The notes under the pieces are model-generated. The model was not told the DNA's origin and made no database searches. It saw nothing but the letters and a program-made list of their open reading frames with translations. 64,000 nt of DNA from Octopus vulgaris (Eukaryota), in NCBI GenBank assembly GCA_951406725.2, contig OX597832.1:4340001-4404000 (forward strand), given 5' to 3'. The position numbers were made by a program, and so were the translations under genes. Positions 1 to 13,324 of the stretch are shown one piece after another (positions within the stretch are counted from its first letter, which is position 1; the number at the start of each line of letters is the position of its first letter).

Positions 1-73
1 CAATCTATTCTCTACGTACATTTAATCAAATATCATAAATGAGTTTTGTATGTATATGTATTTATGTGTGTGT

Positions 74-124
<51 letters not shown>

Positions 125-1032
125 TATATATATATTAATCAAAATGTACAGTATTATATATCCATTACAACCAACCTTACCAATTGGTTTCGCACTAGGG
201 ATTCCATGGAGTGTTAGGTAACAGCACAATTATGTAACCCTGCACTCATCAGAGGTACACATGTAGTGAAAACTGATTTCAGGATATATGTGTGTGTGTG
301 TGTGTATGTATACATACACACACACATATATGTGTGTATATACGTGCACATTGTTGTCTTCTTTTTATTTTCCCTTTTTTTTCTCGATACATTTGTGCTC
401 TGTCATTCATCTACACTTTCAAAAGTATCTTCTTCTACTGCTGCTTATGTCACCTAGGTAACAGAAGCTATGTCAACTACTTCGAATCCACCCTCTTGGT
501 CAAACTTCATCATTATGTTCAGTGTTAGCTCTCACCTTGCAGACACCACCTCTATACACAGCTTATATGATTCTCACAAGCCGTTTGTCTACACCTAGCT
601 TCCTCAACAACCACCAGATCACAGAGCAAAGGACCGTATTGAAGGTTTTCTCCAGGCCAAAAAACACAAGGTACATTGGTTTGCTTCTTGCTTAGTACTT
701 CCACAGATGTCTCAGTAGGAAAATGGCATTAGTTGCATTTATTCCTGGCACATAGCTGAATTGCAGCTCAGCTGAACTGTCTCACTTCCTAATCAACTGA
801 GATATAACCCATTCTATAATTTTCATGAAATGGCCCATTTGATACTTCTGTAATTATCCTTCTCTAAGTTTTACTCTTGTAATAGTTGGCCATGATGTTG
901 GTTAGCCAGTAATCACGTATGACACTTTCCTATACAACCTGACTGACTGTTTGAGTGACCAGCCCAGATATTTTAAGCATCTCAGATGTAACTCTTGATA
1001 GACAAGAGGTTTCATATCCTTAATTGCTTTAA

Positions 1033-1252
1033 CCCTTTCATTACCAACCCGGCTGAAACCGGCTCTGGCTCTGAGTACAAATGTCTTGTTTTCCTAAGTT
1101 TTGAATTAAAATCTTCCACCAAACATTAGTCACAATTTATGTTCCTAACATTAGCTGAATAATAGCTAAGTTATTTTACTAAATTCTTTGTTATATTTAA
1201 AGTTATTGAAAGAAACACAGAGCATCTCAAAATAAATGCAGTAACAAAAGGG
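1033..1252. mobile_element. piggyBac-like MITE
   Basis: TTAA on both sides (1029-1032, 1253-1256); imperfect TIRs CCCTTTCATTAC / GTAACAAAAGGG. Confidence 0.7.
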
Positions 1253-3893
1253 TTAATCCCTCTCTGTTGGCTCTACACTGGGGGACCCCTTTTCTCCTTA
1301 TGTGTTCTCAATATTTCATAGCCTTTCATACTAGCTCTTCCATGCCTCTTTGCAGAACCGTTAAGTGCATGTGCACCATCATCTATGTGTACACACTTCT
1401 CACTCACATTTCAACTCACTCTTGTACACTTCCTTTCAATCCAGAACATCTCACACTTCTAATGCTTATGCCAAAGAATATTGGCAAACCTCTTATTTTT
1501 TGCATCTTATCTTGTTAAAAAAAACACTTTTCCTTAGCTTTTCTTCTAGTTACCTGAAAAAGTTATCTGCTGCCTCCTTCCTTCCAAATCCTTTTAAGCC
1601 TCTCTCTTCATTTTCATGACTCTGTAACAAAGGAACGCTTCTTCATGTACTGGAAAAATAATTTATTTGTTTAATAGTAAAGATGTCCATGCAATAAATC
1701 AATGGAAACATTCATATGAAACAACTCAATATGATACATATAGAAAGTCTTTGTTACAAAGTCAACATTTGTGCTAATTTTTACATATCAAATACATATT
1801 CAGGTGCCATGGTATGTCTCCTTTGACAATCATTCCAGGCATTAGGAGAGTGTATGCCAACTCAATCTGAGACACCTTGAATCTTTGGCCCTCCATTTGG
1901 CTGTATTTGTAGGCCTTGCTGATAGAAAGTTCTAATTAGACCATTCATTGGATAAAATGGCCATTCATCAGTTAAAATCTTGGTTGTACACATGATTGAA
2001 TTGTGATTTCTATGTGGCAAAACACAGGATCAAATCCACAACATCACCCTCAGGCTATTATTTATTATTTGTATTGTCGTGTCTCTGAAGTCTATGTCTA
2101 GGTATTTACTTCTTCCATGTTTCTGAGAATAATATCCATGACATCTAGATCTTAGAATAAAAACAGTGTTTTTGCCCTTTTTCCTTTTTCTTTCCTGCCA
2201 AAATATAAAAACATTGTGATTTGAAAAGTGTCAATTGCTCTCAACTAACTGAAGCTGAGAAGATCATGTTATCTACCATTTTTCAGACAGAATGTAGAAC
2301 AAAAGATGATTTGGGATTCAGAATTTAAGTGCAGTGACAAGAAGTTTAAGGTATCTGGCTCTTTGGTGCCTTCAGCATAATCCCCTTTGCAGGGACATCA
2401 CTTAGCCCCTGCAACTCCTACAGATGCAGGTGGCCTTTGCAGTTGAGGGACCCCATGTTAAGATCAAAGTACGTAGATGAGTCATCTATTTTCTTTGGTA
2501 AAGATGTTAAACAAGAATTAAACTATGTTAATGGAAAATTTCAAGAAATAAAATGGTAATATATTGGAACTGCAAAAGTTCTTGTAAAAATATTACATTC
2601 TACCACAAACGTGTAACAGACTTTGTGGATTGTCTATGATATCTTTTGAACACAAACTTAGCTCTCAGCTTGATTATTTTGAACTGATCAATGATTTCAC
2701 GAAGTGAAAAGTGCGCTATGTTTGTCTTTGAAAGTTGCATGGATTATGAAAGTGCTCTTTTATTCATATCTGGAGGTTTTACTTATTGAAATTTGTAATA
2801 GACCTAAATAAATTTAACTTGGTGTACTTTTAAAGATGTCTTTTAGCATAAGGTGAAATATTGAACTTCAGAAAGAATAAAATAAAATATAGTTATGAAT
2901 AAAAGGTGCATAGATTATGAATTTTGATTGAAGGGATGGGGCCTTGAAACAAAAAATTGCAGGGATCCTCTAAAAGTCACGCGACAGAGCTGCCCCTTTA
3001 CTGCAAGCTGTCTATAAATAACTTTCTCCCTGTAGTAGAGCCTGAAAAGTGCCATGGGTACCATCTTTCCTCCTCTAACTAAAAATACAGAGTAGGAATA
3101 ACTGGATCTATCAACAGCAAAGAGTTCCTCTCTCTACATAAGAAAAAGATTTGATGGAAACATGCTAAAGAAGATGTATCACAATGAAACAAGAGAACTA
3201 AAGGCATAAGACCAACTATGGAAGGAAGAAGGTAAGACCCAGAATCAAGTACAAAACTTAGGTTTGCTGTGAGGAGTGAAAAATTAAATGTTTCTGACTT
3301 TTATCCTTCTTTGAAGAGAAAAGAAACATGTATGCTAGTAGCATGGTTGCTAAGGAAAAGAGAAATAGGGAGGCAATGTTAAAGGGAAAGACTAATAGGA
3401 CCCACTCCCCCATCCATCCATCCATCCTTGACAGTATGAATGGAGTGGAAAGTAGTACAAAGAAGTGAAGAGAAGAGAGGTGTGGGGGCGGGGGGGTGTT
3501 AAAGTTAGTAAGATTAACCAGGTCAGCTGAAAATAGAGCATGGTAAAGTCAAAAGAATGAACTTTGCAAAGAGAGAGAAAGAGAAAGAAAAGTGAAATAA
3601 TGAATATAATACAGGATGCACATAGATACATATCCAAGATGTGGGCAATTATTCATACACAAATGTACACACATGCACACACACACACATAACACACAGG
3701 CAATACATAGTTACAAAGAAACGAAATCAGTGTAATTCACACAAATGTATTACAGGTCTAAATAATACATAGTAATGCTTAGATTGTAAACTATAAAAGT
3801 AATTACATATTCATAAGATGTTACATTACTTGAGATAAATATAGAAGTTTGATAATACAAGAGAAATAGAACTCAAAGCATGAGTAATATATA

Positions 3894-4802
3894 CAAGGTG
3901 GTGTCAAAACAAACTAGGTATGTTTAATAAAAAATAACTTATTTATGTGAGTTTTTAACACATCTCCTTCAAAATAGTCATTCTGTGCAGCATTACACCG
4001 ATCTCAGCATTCCTGCCACTTTTGAAATCCAGCCTGGAGGTCGTTTTCCGTAAGCAAATCAAGGATCTTCTGCGATTCACTTAGGATCTCGACAATGGTG
4101 TTAAAATGGCAACCTTTGAGCTACATTTTTATCTTGGGAAGTCTGCAGGTGCTAAATTTGATGAATAGGATAGGTGGGTACAGAAGTGACACCATGTTTT
4201 TTGGTGAGAAACTCACAGTGAGGAGAACTCGGTGACAGGACACATTGTCATTGTGAAGAATCCAGTTCACTGTGCTCCACAGATCCAGTCACTTTTACTG
4301 AATGTCCTCCCTCAAACACTACAAAATGTCACAGCAGAACTCTTGATTGACAGTTTGGCCCTGGGGAATGAATTCTCAAAGCACAATACCACATTTCCAG
4401 GGGTGACGCTTGTGGCAGGTCTTCCAACTTGCTCATCATCTTCCAGGGACGTTCTTACACTTTTGAAATGCCCATGCCACTCAAAACATTGCGTACAACC
4501 AACTGCCTCATTGCCGTAAGCTTGCCGAAGTATGCTCAATATTTCTTTAGCAGACTTCCAAAATTTAATGCAAAATTTCACATTAGTTCTTTGTTCCAAC
4601 TTCCTGTCCATGACAAAAATGGCAGACTTCAGCATACATGCAATCACAAAAACAAATTTCACAACTTGCTAAGTAAACAGTGATGTCACTCGGCACACTG
4701 CCTTATGAAAGTCACTACTAGCTGTCATTGCACATGCAACCATGTGCTGCCATCTGTTGGCATACTACAGAACTAGTCAAGGAACTTTTTGATACCACCT
4801 CA
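3894..4802 (-). mobile_element. Internally deleted Tc1/mariner element
   Basis: TIRs CAAGGTGGTGTCAAAA / TTTTGATACCACCTCA flanked by TA. The minus-strand ORF MDRKLEQRTNVKFCIKFWKSAKE...AYG...FEW...SLEDD.. GRP matches a mariner N-terminal HTH. Confidence 0.85.
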
Positions 4803-6481
4803 TATACACATATGTATTTATACACACACACTAGACTTGTTATCTGGTGTTACTGAGTATGAATGGAAATCATGGTAGTTTTACATATATATATTTAATC
4901 TAACTTCTTGACTTCTTTAATTGGAAATATTCCTATAATAGTAATCTGTTAAATGCATGAATAAAATTGTGAATACGAAGGCTTTGCCTGGAAGGTTATT
5001 GACAATGCTTTCCGTATTAAAGATGTAAGACAACTGTACGTATTGGCTGCTTGAAGAAGAACGCTTTTTATGATAACATTTCTGATTGACCTGCCTTCCT
5101 ACATTTTCATTCCTTATTCCTCAGCTTAAAGCTACACACAGTTTGTTATGCTGGAAAGCTGATTTGTCAAGCTAAATTAAGACATTCTGCATCTTCATCT
5201 TCTCATATACTGAACTGAATTCTAGGAATCATGACAATGTCATTTTTGAATAATGCCAACATTGATTAGATTCTCATGCATTTCTTGTATGATCATCTGT
5301 CTTCCAATGCAAAGCCTTGGAGGATCTAAGTTTCTACTATTTTTTCTTTCTTCCACATCCTGGAGATGTGCACTCCTATCCTCTTCATTCTCTCTTTCTC
5401 TCTTTCTTACATTTCCTGACTCTATGACCATCATATCAGCTGTTTCCTCTTGTCTCCTTGACTTTGTCACTTCCCAAAATCGTTTGTGATCATCTCTTGA
5501 CCCTGTTGTCCCTCTTCTCTTTCCACATGGTATTATTACTCAGTGTGTAACTTGTGTATGTAAAATTGTATTAGGAAAAATCAAAATAAATCAACCAAAG
5601 TGATAAAAATCAAAAGAATGAATTAGAATAATGCAAACTTGAACTATATATAACATAAAATGAAACAAGCATCTAAAACATGAAATGATATACAGTCTAT
5701 GCAAAATTAAGTATCTGCGTGTGTGTGTGAGAGAGAGAGGGAGAGAGTGTGTGTGCATGCATGTGTGCATGCATGTGTGCATGCATGTGTGCATGTGTGT
5801 GCACGTGTGTGTGCATGCATGTGTGCTGTATATGTGCATGTATGAGAGAGGGTGTGTATGTGTGAGAGAGAGTGGTGAGTGTATGTGTGCCTTTTTGCAC
5901 TCACAAATTAATGAGATTGAGTTGACCTCTCTTACCTTCTCCAGTCACAGAAGGGTCAGAAAAGATATGGTGGAGAAATTCAATTCTTCTCAGTTGACTT
6001 ACCATAATTAAAAATATTATAAAAACACTAGCAAACAGCTATCTTTCTCTTCTGGTAACTCTGGTGTCAACCAAGAGCATTTGACTAGATTCTAGTTAAA
6101 GAATAATTCATGAGATTAAACTTATTGCTCTCTCTAATTATAAAGGCATTATTACTTTTTCCATCTCTCTAGCAGCTCAGTGAAGAAGCTATCTCCTACA
6201 CAGAATGAACCATGAAACCAGAATTTATTTCACTGCAACAAACAAACAACTTGTGTACACAAGCAACTTGCAACAGTTGTATAGTTCTTATATTATTGTA
6301 ATGACTAATATTATAATCAACTTAACAAGTGACCATTTTAATAACCAATCAAATATTGTTCCTTAATCATTTCTTCACAGCATTATGTCAACAAAATTTA
6401 ATCATTACATATATACATCTTGAGCCCAAGGACTCATGAGGCTGGTACCTGGTTTCTATGGCAACATAAGTAACTAGCTAA

Positions 6482-6695
6482 GGCAGTGAGCTGGCAGAAA
6501 TGTTAGTAATCTTGGCAAAATGCTTAGCGGTATTTCATCTGTCTTTACGTTCTGAGCTTGAATTTCGCTGAAGTCGACTTTGCCTTCCATTCTTTCAGGG
6601 TCAGAAAATTAAGTACCAGTTGCATACTGGGGTTGATCTAATTGACTGGCTCCCTCACCCAAAATTTCAGGCCTTGTGCCTTGAGTAGAAAAGAA
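6482..6695 (+). mobile_element. SINE family A (GGCAGTGAGCTGGCAGAA head)
   Basis: The same ~210-bp unit recurs at 10625, 10855, 12315 and 43561 (+) and at 42480, ~54985 and ~56820 (-). Confidence 0.75.
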
Positions 6696-6919
6696 TGTAA
6701 GTAGCTAACATTTCCCTGAATGGGACACTAATCCATTGCAAGGTTCAAGGTTCAATTTTGACAGAAAGTGACAAGTCAATTACATCAACTTCACTACATG
6801 ACAGATACTTTATCAAACCAAAAACAATAAAAGGCAAAGATAACCTCAGCAGGATTTGAACTTAGAATATAGAGAGTTGGAAGAAATGCCATTTTGTCCA
6901 ATGTGCTAACAATTCTGTG

Positions 6920-7080
6920 AGGCACAGGAGAGACTGTGTGGTAAGAAGCTTGTTTCCTAACCACATGGTTCTGGGTTCAGTCCCTCTATGTGATACACAA
7001 ATGTCTTCTACTATAACCTTGGGTTGACCAAAGCCTTGTGAGTGGATTTAGTAGAAGGAAACTGAAAGAAACCTGTTATA
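6920..7080 (+). mobile_element. SINE family B (tRNA-like head GGCTGTGTGGTAAG...GGTTCAGTCCC), partial
   Basis: A- and B-box-like motifs; homologous to copies at 28932 and 44729 (+) and 55955 (-). Confidence 0.7.
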
Positions 7081-8223
7081 TATATGGAGAATAATAAAGT
7101 AGTCAGAATGTTGGATGGTTATATAAATTTTTTACAGCCCCTTCCTTCTGGTTCATCTCATCCCTATATAGTATCATCCCTATATAGACCACCTCCCATT
7201 TTAGGAAACCAGGGTTCAATTTGGGATTGGTTGTATACCCTGAATAAAGCCATGACTTGTGCAGAGTCTCTAGATCTTATTGCTGCATAGAAGGAATCTA
7301 CTTTATCTGATCTACTCAAAAGATTCCCATCAAAACCTACCATACTTTCTTTTGTGTCTAAATATAATTTCTATCTCTGATCTAGACAAACCTGAACTCC
7401 ACATAGCAAAAATTAAGGCCTTATTTAGAAGAATAGGATTAATAGTGGAGTAATAGATAGCTAAGTCTAGCTGTATAACTTACTTCTCTTATTTATCTCT
7501 AGTTTCTTAAATCACCTTAAATCACAGTGATGATATAATTTTGGATTTAAGGATTGGTATTACCCTATCGATAATAATTTTGCTGATCTTTCATATATCC
7601 AAACTGGAGGAACATATCAGTCTAATTATGTTTTGATGAAATGTAAAAGTCAATATGAATGTCTGATTTTTTTTTTGTTCGATTATGATCACATGTATTT
7701 AACAATGTATTACATTTCATTTGATTTATTTATATTATTTTTTGATTCCTTATTCTTCCATTCTTGTACAATTTATTTTATTGCTTGCATAAGAATTGTT
7801 CATTATATATCTCAATTCCTGATGGAGATTAATAGAATGCCACATTTACCAAAATACATTGTTATAGAAATAAGCAGAACAGCAAATAAAAAACAAGGTA
7901 CTTTTTGAAAAGTCATCTGAGAAGATGCATTTGCACCTACAATGCGTAATTGTTTGTACAACATCTCATCTGTAAAGTATTGGTGCATGATGTGTCAAAG
8001 TGATCATAGTGATGCTGAATAAAGAGTCTCATGAATTATATTTTCTTTGTCTCTTTTTTTATAATCTTTTCAAAGACAAAGGAATTCCTGAAGTAAATCC
8101 AGTGGCATATACCTCCATACTGTTGTTGATATCAGGTAACCGAATACTGTGAACAGGCTTTAAGCAGCATACTACAAGGTGTATACCCAAATATAAAATC
8201 ATCACTTATGTAGAAATACAAAA

Positions 8224-8254
<31 letters not shown>

Positions 8255-8424
8255 CACACATATACATACATACATACATACATACATACATACATAATAC
8301 ATACATACATACATATATATGTATGTATTTGTATATCTATATATTTATATATCTAACCATCTATCTATCTATCTATCTATTTAGTAGTTAGCAACTTCAG
8401 GATCAGGGCTAAATAGCTGCCCAA

Positions 8425-8598
8425 ACAACCAGTGTGGAAAAAAAGGGTTTGAAAGCTTAAGGATCCTCTGAATGGACAATGAAAAAGAGGAGGATATAGC
8501 ATCACATAATGTGGAAGACAACCTGTTGAGGGCTACTGACCAGATCTGTGGCTGGTGCAAAGTACACTAGTGACCTAAGGTGATGTGGTGGTGGAACC
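8425..8598 (+). mobile_element. Degenerate RTE LINE fragment
   Basis: Shares ctgaccagatctgtggctggtgcaaagt...gtggtggtggaac with 13530-13590 of the RTE element. Confidence 0.7.
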
Positions 8599-9537
8599 AC
8601 GGTAGTGGTTGAATATATTCTGAAGTCCACCATTTCATCAATTGCAGCGGATTCCAAGCTTCACCACTAACTCAGTTCTCAGCTTAATAGTTTTAAAGCG
8701 GACACCTCCTCAGCTACACTTTGGCAAAAATAGTTTGAGATTTGGTTCAGGAGAAAAAAAGTTACATCAAAATATCTGCAACCTCAAGTGGGACAATTAG
8801 CATAAATTTTTAAATTATAAATTAAAAGTATACTTTCCTTAGGCTTAAATGATAGAAAAATGCATGAGGAATTCAGAATCCTAAATCACATGCCCATTGT
8901 ATGTAATGTCCTAGATTAGCCCTAAAAAGACTGTTTTCTGAAGGCTGGAATGTCTTTGATGATCAGTTTGCAGTATCAGGGTTGATTTGGGTTTAAATAA
9001 CAACATTATGGTAAATTTCTATACTAACACCCACACGATTTTCACTAGGAACTCCCTACCCCACCAAATTTGATTTTTTTTGCGTGGAATCAAGTACCCT
9101 GATCTCCTGATATGCTGCAAATCCCTTATTTTGGTTTGGAAAAAATGAGGTGGGTGGATAAAAACCTGGAATCATTGGAAATTTTTTTTTTTTGTTGAAT
9201 GAATTCCTGTGACCTCCTAATCTTGCAAAATTAGGTTACTTAAGGTGAGCCTGGTAACTGATGGTTTTGGGGTTTTGTTGTTTGTAACTTTTGGTGAGCC
9301 ATGGTGCAATCAACAACATGATAAAAATCCCTGCCATTAATTTGGTGTGGATGGGTAATATTAAATAATTCAATCACAACATAAATTTAAATTAAACATG
9401 AAAAAAATTGAAATATTATCATTACTTACATGGAAAAATTGAAATATTATCTTTCAGTATTTTATAAGGTAAAATCTTAAATTATTTATTGACACATTAT
9501 TAATTATTTTATAAATCAATGTCTGGAAAAATCATGG

Positions 9538-10036
9538 ATTACATGGGGAAATGCAAGCATGAAAAGTAATATTCTTAAGATTATAAACCTGGAAAATTAC
9601 AGGACAAGTTATTACACCTGTAAAATTATAGAACAAGCTATTACTTCTTACTTAAAATATTGCAGTTAAAATTAAAATTTGAATATTAAAACTTACTTTA
9701 TTATAGTTTACAAATAACACTATATTTATTTTGAGTAGAATTTGACTAATATATTACCTTAAATTCAGAAAAAAGTGACTAATTAGACAAACTTACAAAT
9801 TAGCTGTACAGTTTTGTACAATAAATTTAAAAGATGAGAACTGAAAAGAGTGATAAATTAGAAGAACTGGCATTCTTTGCTGCAATATTTTAAGTAAAAT
9901 GTTTCTTATTCTTTACTTTACTAGAAGTAATAGCTTGTCCTATACTTTTCCTGGTGTAATAATAACTTGTCCTGTACTTTTCCAGGTTTATAATCTTAAG
10001 AATATTACTTTTCATGCTTGCATTTTTTCATGTAAT
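9538..10036. mobile_element. Foldback/MITE-like element with ~110-bp terminal inverted repeats
   Basis: 9540-9648 (aaatgcaagcatgaaaagtaatattcttaagattataaacctggaaaa...) is the near-perfect reverse complement of 9923-10034. Confidence 0.7.
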
Positions 10037-10624
10037 ATAATGTATGCATAATTGCAATGAATTTGTAACTGGGGCTACACGAATGAAAACTACACAAATA
10101 TATGGTACAAATATATTATTTGAATTATGAAGTTGAGAGACAATGAGGAATCTCCAAGCTGCATTTAAGGCAACTTGTCTAGGAGAGCAGGAACTCTGAA
10201 TCATTTCATACAAAGTAGAGGGGTCTCTTTAGTATTTACAAGCACCGCCAGAACCAGTAGCACCTGGTCCATGCTATGATGAAGTTAGGAATGAAAAGAC
10301 ATCGAGCAGCAAAAACTATGCAAAAGAAATATATAAACAATGACAGAGATTAGGCATGTTCCTTGTATTTTGTGTGAGATGACGAGGAAGTGCAACAAAC
10401 CTGTAAAACCCAAATCAGATTTAAGTATATAATGGTGGTAGCAACAGTGGTGATGAGACCAAGGTGATCTTGAAGTTGTTGACTGACTGTTGCATTGCTT
10501 CATGTGCATATACTGGCAAGGATTGCCATTTCCATGACTCATGCAGCTTTGGTCACATGAATGATGTAAACAACAGAGATTCGTGTGATATTGGCCAGTC
10601 TCTGACTAATATTAGAACAGTCTA

Positions 10625-11073
10625 AGGCAGTGAACTGGCAGAATCATTAGCAGGCCGGGTTAAATGCTTAGCAGCATTCCGTCCATCCTTATTTTCTGAG
10701 TTTAAATTCTGCTGAGGTCAACTTTGCCTTTCAGCCTTTCAGGGTCGATAAAATAAGTTCTAGTTGAACAATGAGGTCGATGTAAATGACTTACCCCATC
10801 CCCCAAAATTACTGATCTTCTGGCGAAATTTGAAACCAGTAATTGCTGAGTCTAAGGTGGGTGAGCTGGCAGAATTGTTAGCATGCCAAGCAAAGTGCTT
10901 AGTGGCATTTCATCTGTCATTATGTTCTAAGTTCAAATTCTGCCAAGGCTAACTCTACCTTTCATCCTTTCAGAATCAATAAAATAAGTACCAGTCGAGC
11001 ATTGGGGTTGATATCATTGACTCTTCCCATCTCTCAAGCTTGCTGGCCTTGTGCCAAAATTTGAAAGCAATAT
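10625..11073 (+). mobile_element. Two head-to-tail SINE family A copies
   Basis: The unit starts at 10625 and again at 10855. Confidence 0.7.
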
Positions 11074-11444
11074 TTGCAGAGTCTGGATAGATTAAAAGTC
11101 CTCTATCAAAGCAATACCTGGCCATGTACAGATGCTATTGGTTTGCTGTATTTTGTATTTCATAATTAAAAAGAAATTAATAAATAAATAAAATGAGGAT
11201 AAATAACTGAAGTGCACTAATGGCATGGATTTAGACAAATAAGTTGAGGATCGTAGACATTATGACGTATGTGAAAAAATTGTCAATTTGTTGAAATCTC
11301 CCATTTAGTTGGTGAGAGAAAACAAAAACTTGTTTGATGACTATGAGGATATAGGAGTAAGAAATCGTTTTTTGAACTGTTAATCAAGAATTGAAACTCT
11401 AGTTTAAATTTTCCCACAAGAACTTTTCCTTTTTGCGGAGATGT

Positions 11445-11710
11445 ACTTGCATAGCAAGTTACTTGATCTGAGATCGTGTACTGAAACAAAAACAATTGCA
11501 GCATGGAAGGTACTTATAAGCCATTTAACGGTTTAACAAAAATCATTAAATTTAATTTGCCAAAATATTTTCATTGCTTTGAGCCACAACCTGTTCAGTG
11601 AACAGGTCGCGGTCTCAAAGCGATGAAAATATTTTGGCAAATTAAATCTAAAAGTTGATGTGAGCCTAATGGTTTTTATGCATTTTTAAATGGCTTATAA
11701 ACACCTTCCT
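11445..11710. mobile_element. Palindromic (hairpin) MITE; second copy at 58277-58569
   Basis: Arms aaaatattttcattgctttgag...acctgttca / tgaacaggt...ctcaaagcgatgaaaatatttt centred at ~11598; outer arms ggaagg..ttataagccattta / taaatggcttataaacaccttcc. Confidence 0.75.
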
Positions 11711-13324
11711 TTGTTTTTGGCATTAGTACTTGGAAATGTATGAGGACATCTGTCAAACTTATCTTGGTTCCTTTGTTTAAGTTAGAATTCTTCAGTCATT
11801 TAGAGGTTATCATAGATAAGACATATACTTTCCTTGGTTCTCTGACATATGTTAAGCCTGTCCAAAAGGTATAACTAGGAACCCTTAGACAACATTGACA
11901 GTCAGTATATTTTACTTCTACATGTTGTATGTCTTTCACTTTCTAGAAAGCAGCTTTTTGTAACTGACACATCCAAGGGTGCATAGGGTTCATTTTTTTT
12001 CTTTTGCTTATACCACTAAACTGCAGATTACTATTATAGCTTTGTATACTGGCCCTAGATGCAAATAAAAAACTGTATGCAATATTATTACTTTGTCTTA
12101 CAGAATTTGAGTAATTTAATGGTAACATAACTTGTTACATTTGGTGACCCCAACATGAGGAATCTTGTAGGAAAATCTAAGCTAAGGTTTCAATTCTTGG
12201 TTAACAATCCAAAGAATGGTTTCTTACATATGTGTGCATTTGTTTATGTATATTACCCCTCACCTTGGCTACAAATCCATAAACACCATTTGTCTTAACT
12301 TATTTCACTCTTTAAGGCAGTGAACTAGTATAACCATTAGCACGAAAATGCTTAGAGGCATTTCTTCTGTCTCTTTACATTCTCAGCTCAAATTTTGATT
12401 AGGTCGACTTTATTTTTCATCATTTCATGGTTGATAAAACAAGATAACTGTCAAGCATTGGAATTGGTGGAATCAACTTACTCCCTTCCCTAAAATTGCA
12501 GACCTTCTGCCAATAATGAAACCATTATTTCATCCCCTTTCATCTCTCCTAAAATCTAATAATTTTCTTGACCTCATTGTCCCATCCCCTCCCTTTTCAA
12601 CTGATTAGCTTCTTGCTGCTAACTTTCATCACCTTTCCTCTTCATTTTACTTCCTCACACCATTTCCCACCCCACTCACACTGTCTTTTCCCCTACAGTT
12701 CTCTCTTGCCATATCAGACTTTCTTATCTCTTTTACTTTCCCAACTGGTGTTGATGGCAACATACACATTCCTCCAAAGGATCTGTGACCAAGTTGTTGG
12801 ATTTTTCACTCCTCATAGCAAACTAACAATTGAACTTTATTACTTTTATCGAGACAAAGTTGACTTCAGCAGAATTTGAATTTAAAATGTAAAGACAAAA
12901 TGTTACTAAACAATTTTTTTTTCTGTCATTAGCACGTTGGGCAAAATGTTTAGCAATATTTTATCTGTTTTGTGTTCTGAGTTCAAATTCTTCTGAAGTC
13001 ATCTTTGCCTTTCATCCTTTCGGAGTCAAAGAGAGGCTTTGTTGATGTCAAGTGTAACAATATTTTTCTGTTTTTTGTCTTTTTACTTACATTCTCAATG
13101 GTAGGAGTCCATTGGGAAGTGACACATAAAAATCTCCGATAGATAGGACTCCATAAAATTTATTTTACTAAAGAAAATGAAAGATTGAAGCTGGTGATGA
13201 AGGGGATTGTGGAAACAGTAGCATAGCAAGAAGAGTAAGAAAACAGTCAACCTGAATGCAAGTGTAAAGGGGCACAAATTTTTTTATTAGTTCCAGGTGT
13301 GATGTTGTGAGGCTTTTTTTTTTT

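Noticed and set aside
39-528. Short ORFs rich in Y/I/C/V/H/T (also 5591-6011, 49935-50455, 53437-53774, 59245-59430)
   Set aside because: Translations of (TA)n, (TG)n and (CATG)n microsatellites, with no domain or splice support.
2400-2995. Possible hAT transposase C-terminal relic
   Set aside because: Only a weak peptide resemblance (LDYFELINDF); TIRs and TSD not demonstrable.
4831-4860. Possible decayed Helitron 3' end on the minus strand (…ctcagtaacaccagataacaagtCTAG)
   Set aside because: The hairpin is too degenerate and no 5' end was found.
5240-5470. Charged 76-aa minus-strand ORF as a possible exon of a second gene
   Set aside because: No recognisable domain and no partner exons found. 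Cannot be supported without transcript data.
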